A stretch of 64,000 nucleotides of DNA, taken from contig OX597838.1 of assembly GCA_951406725.2 (NCBI GenBank), forward strand, positions 26,474,001-26,538,000, written 5' to 3'. Below, piece by piece: positions 12,301-25,200 of this stretch. The notes beneath the pieces were generated by a model. The model saw nothing but the letters and a program-made list of their open reading frames with translations, made no database searches and was not told where the DNA came from. The stretch comes from Octopus vulgaris. Lineage: Eukaryota. Position 1 is the first letter of the stretch; every line of letters starts with the position of its first letter. A program made the translations under genes and the position numbers.

Positions 12301-15300
12301 GTCTCTTGTGCTGATAATTGTTATTTCTTTACTGCCCACAAGGGGCTACATGCAGAGGGGACAAACAATGACCCCCAGTACTCAACTGGTACTTATTTCA
12401 TCGACTCCGAAAGGATGAAAGGCAAAGTCGACCTCTGTGGAATTTGAACTCCGAACATAACTGCAGATGAAATACTGTTAAGCATTTTGCCTGGCGTGCT
12501 AATGGTTCTGCCAGCTCGCCACTTTATGTGTGCTGAGGATTCTGCCAGCTTCTTGCTCTTAACTGAATATTAAATGGTTTAATATTTTGGAAGTGTTTGA
12601 AAATAATCGTTTTCTTATTTTTTTGTACTAATTTATTATCATTTCATTCGGTCCACTCAGCTGGCAAAAATGAGTAGTACCAGTAATTCAAAGGGCCAGC
12701 CTTGTGTCACACTGAATCTCCCTGAGAACTACATTAAGGATTATTTATATAGGACAGATAAGTATTGTCACCTTATTGTTACTACAACATTTCAGCTGGT
12801 GTACTCTACAGCCTTCATCAGGTGTCTTGGTGGAATTTTGAATCCAACCCTTTATTTGACTAATGGGGTACTCTGTAGAGCAGTATTACATTAAGGATAA
12901 ACGTACATGTCTGTGGAGTACTCAACCACTTGCACGTTAATTTCACAAGCAGGCGGTTCCGTTGATCGGATCAACTGAAGCCCTTGTCAGCATAACCAGC
13001 AGAGTGCCGGCTGTTGTTATACCATTTTGTCATTTATTCTCTCAGCGAAAAAATCATATTCTTTGTTTGCTGTTTCAGGTACACCGAAAGAACCAGGTAT
13101 ATTACCTCGTACGCTTGAGACAATATTCAGCCACATCTCCGGTAAACTGTGGCACGGTCTCGACCTAAAACCAAAAATGTATTTAGACGTCATAAAACTA
13201 TCGCCCACCTTTGAAGCTGACGAAAAACAAAGGAAAGAAGAGCTTTTGCGGTTAGCTTCTTTTGATGTGAGTTGTTTACTGTATTACTTTCTGAATTTTC
13301 CATCTTTCATCGTTTAACCCTTTTGTTACTAACCCGGCCGAAACCGGCTCTGGCTCTGTGGTAAAATGTTTTGTTCTCAAAAGTTTTGAATTAAAATATT
13401 CCACCAAACCTTAGTCACAATTTATGTTCCTAACACTAGCCTAATGATAACTAAGTTATTTTACTAAATTCTTTGTTACATGTAAAATAATTGAAAGAAA
13501 CACAGAGCATCTCAAAATACAGTAACGAAAGGGTTAATTTAAAATATCTTGGTGTGGTCAGTAAGTGAAATATGTATTTTATCCCGTTTTCATCTAACTG
13601 CAGTTCTTTTGTACCATGCTGGGATATAAAGGCACTTGAAATGAGAGGTGTCAAATATCTTGACTTTGTAGTAATATTACTACTAATGCAGTAATATTTA
13701 ATCCATTTGTTCACATGAATCTTACATATACAGTAAGGTCTCGAAATATGAGTTAATTTGTTCCCGAGACTGCTCATAACGCAAAAACTTGTCAAGCAGA
13801 GCAATAATTTCCCATAATAGCAATGTTATAAATTGCATCTTGTTCTCAGAAAAATATTTTACCTATAAAATTTACAATACTCGTAAATAAATGGCAATAA
13901 AACAACAGTGGAATGTAAAGAATATTCTATGTAAAGTAAAAATGTGAAGATCATATATAATAAAAATCACTTTCACTCACACTAGACATGCACTCATCAC
14001 TTGTAGACGCGAATGCCAATTCACAAGCACTTGTAGACACACCTGTAGATTCCTTTTTAAAAAACAAGTTTAGAGTTTGCTTTTTTATTTTTTTCCCCCC
14101 TACTCTCAGAACCTGTATTGTTACATGTTGCAACGTTGCCACATGCACAAAATTTCGTTTTGGGATTTGGTTTGCAAGATTCTTTATGTCAGTTCGTGTG
14201 TTGAAGCATATTCTGTTGTGTCTGGGGAGAGTCATTTTCTTTTTGTGCCTTATAATATAACTCACTCACCGGTAAAATTTCCACTTTTTTTCTTATTTTT
14301 ATTTCCATTGCGTCTTGCAGCCTTTTCAATAGTCTTGACTCTCTAAAAATAAAATTTGTAAAGCCAGTACTTGAAAAGTGAGGTATTACTGTATTTTACA
14401 ACCTGTATTCATCTCCATTTGGTCCGTTGCCAGCCACGCCTGGCCCCCGTGCCGGTGACACGTAAAAGCACCATCCGTTCGTAGCCGTTTGCCAGCCTTG
14501 CCTGGCCCCCGTGCCGGTGACACGTAAAAGCACCATCCGTTCGTGTCCGTTGCCAGCATCGCCTGGCCCCGTGCCAGTGACACGTAAAAGCACCATCTGT
14601 TCGTGGCCGTTTGCCAGCTCTGTCTGGCACCTGTGCAGGTGGCACGTAAAAAGCACCCACTACACTCACGGAGTGGTTGGCGTTAGGAAGGGCATCCAGC
14701 CGTAGAAACATTGCCAGATCTGACTGGGCCTGGTGAAGCCTTCCAGCTTCACAGACCCCCAGTTGAACCGTCCAACCCATGCTAGCATGGAAAGCGGACG
14801 CTAAATGATGATGATGATGATTTCTTTTGTACCTTGCCAGGATATAAAGACACTTTCAAGTGAAAAGTGTCAAATACCTTGACAAAACCATATGTTAATG
14901 CAGTGGTATGCTTAAATCATTTATATGAGTATAACATATATTTCTATTTGTACATTACATATATTTATACATACATTTTTTTATATTACAGGAATCTGAT
15001 AACCAGAGCACTTTTGCAGACAGTGGTCGTGAGTCATGTACCTTAGATGCCCAAGAGACCACCCACGGTGAGGATGTGGCAACAGCCAAAGAGAGGGTGG
15101 TGGTGGTGGGGGGCATGCATTCTCATTATGAAAAGTAAATGGAGGGGTGTCTGTTGTTGTAGAACTATCGGGCGGATTACTAAGCCAGGGAGCTAAAACC
15201 TCTTCACATCTTCGACTGAGGACATGGCCTCTCATTACTCATTTACTTGTTTCAGTCATTTGACTGTGGCCATGCTGGGGCACCGCCTTTAGTCGAGGAA

Positions 15301-18300
15301 ATCGACCCCAGGACTTATTCTTTGTAAGCCTAGTACTTATTCTATCGGTCTCTTTTGCCGAACCGCTAAGTAACGGTGACGTAAACACACTAGCATCGGT
15401 TGTCAAGCGATGTTGGGGGGATAAACACAACACACAAACATACACACATATACATATATGCGACAAGCTTCTTTCAGTTTCCATCTACCAAATCCACTCA
15501 CAAGGCCTTGGTCGGCCCGAGGCTATAGTAGAAGACACTTGCCCAAGGTGCCACGCAGTGGGACTGAACCCGGAATCATGTGGTTTGTAAGCAGTCTACT
15601 TACCACACAGCCACTCCTACGCCTTCACTATTTAATGTTTTTGCCTTTTAATTGATGACTGATTAATTACCATATATGTTTGTAATTAACCCTTTAGCAT
15701 TCAGATTACTCTGTCAAATATAATGCTTATTTAAAAACTTTTTTTTTTTTTATTTATCTAGTTTCAGCTCACGAGCTGTGGCCATGCTGGGGCACCGCCA
15801 TTTGTTCACGTTGTTTTGAAATAACCATGCATTCTTTCATGGTTTTGAGATTTCAGTTTTGCAATTGTTTATTTTTGGAATGACAGTGTAGAATAGGTGA
15901 GATAGGCCAGATCCAGTCAAGACAAAATTTTAGCCTGATATGGCCTGGTTAAATTGCAGGACTTTATCAAAGAACTGCATGTGACTTATTGCTGTGCATT
16001 AGAAATTTGCAGCTTGCACTAATGCACAATCATGTGCACATCAGTGCCGCCTTAGCTGGCTTCCGTGCCGGTGGCACGTTAAAAGCTCCAACTGATCGTG
16101 GCCGATGCTGGACCCCCTGGCACCTGTGCAGGTGGCACGTAAAAAGCACCCACTACACTCGCGGAGTGGTTGGCGTTAGGAAGGGCATCCAGCTGTAGAA
16201 ACTCTGCCAGGTCAGACTGGAGCCTGGTGCAGCCCCTGGCTTCCCAGACCCCGGTCAAACCGTCCAACCCGTGCTAGCGCAGAAAATGGACGTTAAACGA
16301 TGATGATGATGATGATATGGTTATTTCAGTGAAGCGATTGAAACAAGTAACAGAATAACCCTTCCAAATGCTGACCACTTTACAGTGTGAACTGGATGCT
16401 TTTTGCTTGGCACCAGCACTGGTAGGGTCACCAAGTAACTTGCAAGACAAGGAATTTTGAGTGGGGCAGGGGAATTTGTGTCAGAGGATGAGAAGTTAGA
16501 ATATGACAGAGAGGCAGAAACAGGGGTCTTGACATAGAGGAGGTGCATGGTACTGAGTAAGATAGGCACAAGAAGTTTCTATGTCCTGAATTCACTTTCA
16601 CAGCTTTTGAGAACCTAGAAGTATAGCAGACAGTATTTGCTCGAGGTGCCATGCAGGAGGAAAGAACCTGTGAATCGTGTAGTTGTGAAATGAACTTAAC
16701 CCTTTTGTTAGCAACGCGGCTGAAACCAGCTCTGGCTCTTTAGTACAAATGTCTGGTTTTCAAAAGTTCTGAATTAAAATCTTCCACCGAACCTGAGTCA
16801 CAATTTACGTCCCTAACTCTAGCTTAACCCTTTAGTGTTGAGATTACTCTGTTAAATGTAATACTTTTTCACTCAAATTGTTTTGAATTAAATCATGCAT
16901 TATCTTATAGCTTTGAGGTTTCAGTGATGTGATTGTTTATTTTTAGCATGACATTGTTGGTTAGGTGTGAGAGGTTAGATATCGCCAGTTGAATATAAAA
17001 CATTTAGAATATTTGGGCCTGATATGGCCAGTTTAAACACTAAAGGGTTAATGATAATGATATTATTTTACTTAATTCTTTGTTATATTTAAAATAATTG
17101 GAAGAAACGCTGAGCATCTCAAAATAAATTTAGTAAGGAATGGGTTAAAACGGTCGTGTGATCCTTAGGAGCTTCCATAGAATTTACCAACATTTTCATA
17201 ATTTACGAATTTAAAATAATGTCAATTGTTAAGACATACCTCAAACATGAATTTGTTTTTCTCCTCAGATTCTGATGTTAATGAAGAAGACTTGCTGCGT
17301 TCCACCCACCTGGATGACTCTGCGTTCTCAGGCCAAATAAAGTATTCAGTATGGATCAGTTTTGCTGAGGTATACAATGAGAATGTGTTTGATCTTCTGG
17401 TTACTCCTCTCCATAAGAAGCGGAATCCCTTGAAGTTGGGTCAGGACAAAAACAGTAACCATTACATTCGTGGTGAGTAATATTTCTTTTGACTTTTGTA
17501 TGGTAACAGTTGAGTTGGATGGATGCACCTCAATGGTTTCGTTAACATCCTCATCACCATCGTCATCTAATGTCCACTTCTTGCATAAATCGGATGGAAT
17601 TTGACAGATTTTCTTGGGCCAGATGCCTTTCCTGTCTCTGACCCACACCTATTTCTAAGTAAAGTTTAACCATGGCCAGACATGTTTTCACGGCAGATTT
17701 GTATTTAAGGGTCACTGGTAGTAATGACATGTCACTCATTTACAACTATCATGCGTTAGGAAAGGCATCCGACTGTAGAGGCCAAATAAGACTGGAACCT
17801 GGTGCAGCTCTCCAGCTTACCAGTTCCAGTGAAACCGTCCAACCCATGCCAGCATGGAAAAAGCACATTAAATGATAATGATGGTACAATATCAAGAAAA
17901 GGTCACATAAAACACACACTGCATAAAACAGGTTTCTTTGATTTTCTGTCTACCAAACCTGCTGACAAGGCTTTGGTTGGCCTAGGGCTATAATTAAAGA
18001 CCCTTGTTCAGTATGCCATACATATACGTATAATGTGTGCTTTTTTTTTTCTATATTTTCATTCACATACAGGCGTGGCTGTGTGGTAAGAAGCTTGCTT
18101 TCTACTCACATGGTTCCGGGTTCAGTTTCACTGCATGACAGGTGTCTGCTACTATAACCTCAAGCTGACCAAAGCCTTGTGAGTGGATTTGGTAGACAGA
18201 AACTGAAAGAAGCTGGTTGTATATTTGCATATATATATGTGTGTGTGTGTTAAGAGCTTAACGTCCATTCTCACTTGACATCTTTTTCTGTCTTAAAATC

Positions 18301-19055
18301 CCAATCCCTGATTGCTTTTTGATACGCTTGTTTTCATTTCTTACACATGTGACAGGTTTGACAGAAGTAAATGTTTCATCCATTGAAGAGGCCCAGAAAG
18401 TGTTGATTCTTGGCCAGAAAAATCTCCACAAGGCTGCCACAAAACTCAATCACAATTCCTCTCGAAGGTAAGGCTACATCGTTGGTTTATTCCAGTGGTT
18501 TTCAACCAGGGTTCCGCCAGTACAGTCCAGGGGTTCCGCAAGAAGTTACAAAACTGCTAAAATCGGCAGTAATTTTTAAGTCTCCTGTGCAGATATGTGT
18601 GCATAAGACTATTAAATTATTGCACAGGGGTTCCTCGAGCCAATGGAATGTTTCCTTGGGGTTCCGCTCCAGCAAAAAGTTTGAAAAGCACTGGTTTATT
18701 CTTTTGTGGGCCCATGGTTCTTGCTATCATCAAATCTCATCTGTTTCCAAGTGGAGTAATAATATTCCTCCCAGTCCCTCACACAAGCATGGACTTGTCT
18801 AGACAAGTGAAATGCAAACTGGACACTGACCCACACACACGACAGAAAAGCAAGATATGGATGCAATATTCTTTTATTCTTGTTTCAGTCATTTGATTGC
18901 GGTCATGATGGCGCACCTCCTTTAGTTGAGCAAATTGACTCCAGGACTTATTCTTTGTCAGCCTATTACTTATTCTATCAGTCTCTTTTGCTGAACTGCT
19001 AATGTTATGGGGACGTGAACACACCAACATTGGTTGTCAAGTGGTGATGGACACA

Positions 19056-19086
<31 letters not shown>

Positions 19087-22000
19087 CATCATCATCATCA
19101 TCATATATATATCTGATGGGCTTCTTTCAGTTTCCTTCTACCAAATCCACTCATGAGGTTTTGGTTGGCCTGAGGCTATAGAAGTCTCCTGTCCAAGTTG
19201 CCACACAGTGGGACTGAACCCAGAACCATGTGGTTGGGGAGGAAGCTTCTTACCACATAGTTGCACTTGAGTGTGTTTGTATATATTCAAACATAGACAA
19301 CAGGCTTCTTTCAGTTTTCCATGTACCAGTTGTACTCAGGTCTTTTGCTGGCCTGAAGCTATAGTAAGAAACACTTGTCCAAGGTGCTACACACTGGGAC
19401 TGAACCCAAAACCATGTGGTTGGGAAGCAAACTGCTAAACCACACAGACTTCATATGAAAAATGCATTTAGATCTACTTGGCACTTTGTGGCATTCTGCC
19501 CACACGGGAGGAACCCAAGAAGAGGTTCTGGGACCATCTTAAGCTTGCCCTCAACTCCTGCAACGTTCAACTGGCACAACATGAATACTTTGCTCAGAAC
19601 TGGTAAACCTGGCGCTCCTTCTGCGACGAAAGAGCTGCACGCTTTGAACTAATCCGACATGAGAAATTTCAGGAAAAGAGACATGAACATCATCTCAGAC
19701 ACACCATCAGCATAATGGGCAACTTCTCTTGTCGTCTGTGTTCAGGGACATGCCATTCCAGGATCGGACTGTTTTCACATCTATCAACTCCCAAAATGTT
19801 GGGTGAGACTCCTAGAGTACAACATTGACAGACAGCTATAAGCAGTAAGGTAAAGGCTCTCAAAGAGAGGGTCAAATATGGCTCCTAGTTTGAGATTTTC
19901 TTCGTAATTATAAGGTTGTCCCAAAAGTTCGTAGAAAGTCTTGGAAAATAATGGTCTTTATTTTTAGGAATAATTTTTGTTGTTTTTGTTAGTACTTGGC
20001 GAGTAAAAATTCAATTTTCGCAAGTGTTTATGAACTTTTGGGACAACCTAATATAAGTTGTCACAATACGAGATTTTTTTTTTTGTCACATTATATGTAT
20101 GTCATGTGTCATAATATTAGGTTGTTATGATATTAAACTTGCTTCTTCTCATTCTTGTTGCAGCCATTGTATATTTAATATCAAACTTGTACAAGTTGTT
20201 AACAGAAAGAACCCAAGTGTGGCTAAAGTGAGCATGTAAGTACTCCTCGACGTTTGTTACAAATATTCCCCTCTCTTTGTGTCTGTATGTGTTGTTATTT
20301 GTTCCTTCTCGAGTGATGCCTAGCTCATAAGGGCTGGTTTCCTGGTTTCATTGGCCTATAGGTTCCTCAGCTGGTGGGCTGCTAGATGCAGGAGGAAAGA
20401 GTGAGAGAAAGTTGTAGCGAAAGAGTCAGTAGAAATTTGCCATTACCTTCTGCCGGAGCCACATGGATCTTCTGTATTTTGATCATAAACACACACATTG
20501 CCCAGTCTGAGATTTGAACCTGCGATCCTGCACCGCAAGTCTGTTGCTCTAACCACTAGGCCATGTCCCTCCACTGTGTCTCTATGTACATTATTATTAT
20601 TGCGTGAGCGAGTTGTTAAAGCATTAGATAAAACCTTGTGTCATTTCTAGTTACTTCCTGTTTGCATTGTACTCAAATTTCACTGAGTTTAAGTTTTGCT
20701 TTTAATTTTTTTGGGGTTGATGAAATAAAGGACCAGTTGAGCACCAGGGTTGATGAAATAAGCTAGTCCCTCTCCCCAAAAATTTCAGGTCTTCTACCAT
20801 TGAAACCATTATTATTATTAAGGCAGTGAGCTGGCAGAATTTTTGGCACGCTGGGCAAAATGCTTCACGGCATTTTGTCTGTCCTTACACCCCAAGTTCA
20901 AATTCCGCTGAGGTCGATTTAACCTTTCATCTTTTCAGGGCTGATAAATTAAGTACCATTGGAGTACTGAGGTTAATGTAATCAACTTTCCCTCTCCACT
21001 CAAATTCCAGGCCTTACTGCCCCCGAGTAAATTCTTCATTATTTTCAAAATTTAATTAAATTAAAGGCAGTGCATTTCCATTAGAAATATGGTAGCAAAA
21101 AGGTTAAAGTAGGAGTTCAAGCAGGTGCATGTATGATAGTGCTGTTAGATAGAACCCTTTACAATGATGTGATTTGTAGCTTCACTGCTGTTTCTAGCAC
21201 TTCATTTGGTTGTTAGAGGGAGGGCAGGCTTTGCTTTTTGGTTTAAGGCGTTGAACTAGCAGAATTATTGGCACATCAGACAAAAATACTTGGTGGCATT
21301 TTATCCATCTTTCAAATTCTTCCGATGTCGACTTTGCCTTTCATCCTTTCAGGGTTCATAAATTAAGTACCAGTTGTACACTTGGGTTGATGTAATCGAC
21401 TTAACCCTTTAGCATTCAGATTACTCTGTCAAATGTAAAGCCTGTTTAATTACGTTGTTTTAAATTAATTGTACAGCATATTGTAACTCTGAGATTTTGA
21501 TGATGTCCCTGTTTATTTTTAGAATGACTTTGTAGGGTAGGTGTGAGAGGTCAGAGCTGGCTGGTTTGAGCATATAACAAGACAATTTTGGCCTGATATG
21601 GCCGGTTTAAACTCTAAAGGGTTAAACTCTTTTCCTGAAATTGCTGGCCTTGCGCCAAAATTTGAATCTAATGGTTATTTGTTTTTGTATTTTTCTTTCT
21701 AGGTTGTCTCTCTGTGACTTGGCAGGTAGTGAGCGTACGTGTAAGACCAATTCCACAGGAGATCGTCTGAAAGAGGCTGGCAACATCAACACTTCACTGC
21801 TGACACTTGGCCGGTGCATTGAGACGATGAGAAGTAATCAGTTAAGAAAGTGAGTTTACTGATGTGGTTTCATTGAGGCAGGTTTTATACGGTTGGATGA
21901 TGCCTTTCCTGTCCCCAACCCTCATTTGCTGCCAAACAAGATAAAGTTTCCCCATAACTTGACATTTGAAGGAAAATAGTGTTGAAAAATATAAATCCGA

Positions 22001-22196
22001 CATACTCTGTTACTTGTTTCAGTCATTTGACTGCAGCCATGCTGGAGCACTGCCTTTAATCGAGCAACTCGACCCCGGGACTTATTCTTTTGTAAGCCCA
22101 GTACTGATTCTATTGGTCTCTTTTGCCGAACCGCTAAGTAACGGGGACATAAACACACCAGCATCGGTTGTCAAGCAATGCTAAGGGACAAACACA

Positions 22197-22252
<56 letters not shown>

Positions 22253-25200
22253 CATACATATATATACGACGGGCAGAAAACACTTGCCCAAGGTACCACG
22301 CAGTGGGACTAAACCCGGAACCATGTGGTTGGTAGACAAGCTACTTACCACACAGCCACTCCTGTGCCTACGACCTGATCGACTTAGGATCTGTCAGTCA
22401 GAACAGAACTCATAAGTGGAGGAGGTGTATTTTATGCTCTTTCAAAGGTCTGTGCAATGGCTGTTGTCAACCGACTGAACGGCTGTGTGTTATTTAATGG
22501 ATCTTTATCGGCTTCTATGATGAGTGTTTAGTCGTTTGATCAACTGAACTCCTTGCCTTGAATTAGCATGTAATTGGCTGAGTACTCTACAGTAATTTTC
22601 ATGTACAATTGCCATGATATAAAGGTTTGTGTGTGGGGGGCAGGCTTAGATGTGAACTGTATGGAAGTTTATCCATCTGACAAGCTTCCTTATAGTTTCC
22701 ATCTTAATTTCACTCACATGGCTTGAGTCAACCTGAAGCTATGATAGATCCCTTTTGACCAAAATGTGCAGTGGGATCGACCCGAGACCATGTGAATGTG
22801 AAGCACACCTTAGCCATTTGGCCATGCTTATTGTACCTTGATGGTATTTAGTTTTGGCCCCATTGCTGTCTGTGACCCTCATCATTATTTAATGTCCCAT
22901 GCTGGCATGGGTTGGTTGGATCAACAGTGAGCTCCAGTGTCTGTTTTGGCAAGGATTCTACAGTGGAGGCCCCTCCTAACACCAACCAATTTACAGAGTG
23001 GACTTGTACTGTTTCTTTGTTTTTTCATGGCATCGGAACTGTGTGACTTTGATGACCCCTATTACTGATGAAGAGTAGAAAAGAGAAGGAATGCGATAAT
23101 TCTGGCTGGAGTGATGAGGGACAGTATTTTGGATCTTTACCTTTTGACCTACAGTTTACTGATGTGGTTTCATTGAGGCAGGTTTTATACGGTTGGATGC
23201 CTTTCCTGTCCCCAACCCTCATTTGCTGCCAAACAAGATAAAGTTTCCCCATAACTTGAAGGAAAATAGTGTTGAAAAATATAAATCCGACATACTCTGT
23301 TACTTGTTTCAGTCATTTTACTGCAGCCATGCTGGAGCACCGCCTTCAATCGAGCAACTCGACCCCGGGACTTATTCTTTTGTAAGCCCAGTACTGATTC
23401 TATTGGTCTCTTTTGCCGAACCGCTTTTTTTGTAACTAAACACCAGACACTGGTAGAATGTGTCATATAAAACATCTTTTACTCTTAGCTTTGATTGGTT
23501 GAAAGTACCGAAATACGAGAACTTTAACGTGAAATAACTTCGTAAATATAAGCTTTTCTCAAAAACACTAAAAGTAAAAGATATTTTATATGACACATTC
23601 TACCAGTGTCCGAAGTTTGAAAGTGTTTCGTTACAAAAAATTATTTTTTAAATCTGTGGGTCAAAAGATAATAAAGATCCATCATTTTCTGATGTCGGTC
23701 GTGAAAATACCTTGCTTTATTTCATATCTCTTTGTTTTTTCCCCGTTTCTTATTTCTAGGGAGTTTCCAAAGTTGATTCCTTACCGAGACAGCAAGTTGA
23801 CCCGTCTTTTCCAGGGTTTCTTCAATGGTCATGGTGAGGCCATAATGATTGTCAACGTGAACAAATGCAGCACTTTGTTTGATGAAACTCTGCAGGTGTT
23901 CAAGTTTTCGGCAATTGCCAAGCAGGTAGTCATTCAAAAGGACCCACTGAAGTCACCGTCTGTCAACATCTCACCCGTGCTCCCTGTCAAGCCTCTCTCA
24001 AACCTTGAAAGGGATTCTATACCCTGGGCTACAGATGGTAAACAATTTTAATCACATTCACGTGTACACTTTTTAATTATAGCATGGAAGGCAGATGTTA
24101 AACAGTTAAATGATATATATATATATATAAATTAAGTACCAGTTACGCACTGGGGTTGATGTAATCGACTTAATCCCTTTGTCTGTCCTTGTTTAGCCTC
24201 TTGTGGGCAATAAAGAAATAAGAAATCTATGGATGATTTAGCAGGTTGCTAATGTCTATGCAAATGATTAAATTAGTCAGCTGTTGATGACTGAGGTAGT
24301 TAGAACACCTACAGTGCGAGAGATGAGAGCTAAAGCACTCTGATGCTGCACACACATGGTGGGTTTCTCTCAGTTTCCATCAACCAAATCTCCTCAGAAG
24401 GCCTTGATCAACCTGAAGCTGTTCTTTTTTTCCTTTTACTTGTTTCAGTCATTTGACTGCGGCCATGCTGGAGCACCACCTTTTAGTCCAGCAAATCGAC
24501 CCCAGGACTTATTCTTTGTAAGCCTAGTACTTATTCTATCGGTCCCTTTTGCTGAACTGCTAAGTGACGGGGTTGTAAACACACCAGCATCGGTTGTCAA
24601 GCGATGTTGGGGGGGACAAACATATACACACATACATACATATATATATATACATATATACGACGGGCTTTCAGTTTCCGTCTACCAAATCCACTCAAGG
24701 CTTTGGTTGGCCCGAGGCTATAGTAGAAGACACTTGCCCAAGGTGCCACGCAGTGGGACTGTTCTTGGAACCATGTGGTTGGTAAGCAAGCTACTTACCA
24801 CACAGCCACTCCTACGCCTATAGTAAAAATAAAAAATTAAAAAAACTGGCCCAAAGTGCTACACAGTAGGACTGAACCCGAAACCATGTGGTTGGGAGGC
24901 AAACTTTTAACCACACAACCAGCCAGCACCTTTGTCCATATTCATTCAATCTCACTGGAAAATTAGGTCCCATAACATTTCCTCTGTAGCTTGCAACAAA
25001 TTAATCTGAGTTTCACTGTTTCTTTGAAAATTCCTCAGTTAACCATTTCGCTATTAAGCTGAGAGGTTTGGCCTTAGTTGGATGCTAAATAAATGAAGGA
25101 TTTTACAGAGATAACATTTTATCCATGTAGTGGGGTTGACATGATGTTTTCTTGTTTTTTTTGTATATATATTTTCCCTCTCATCCAAACTGACTTCATT

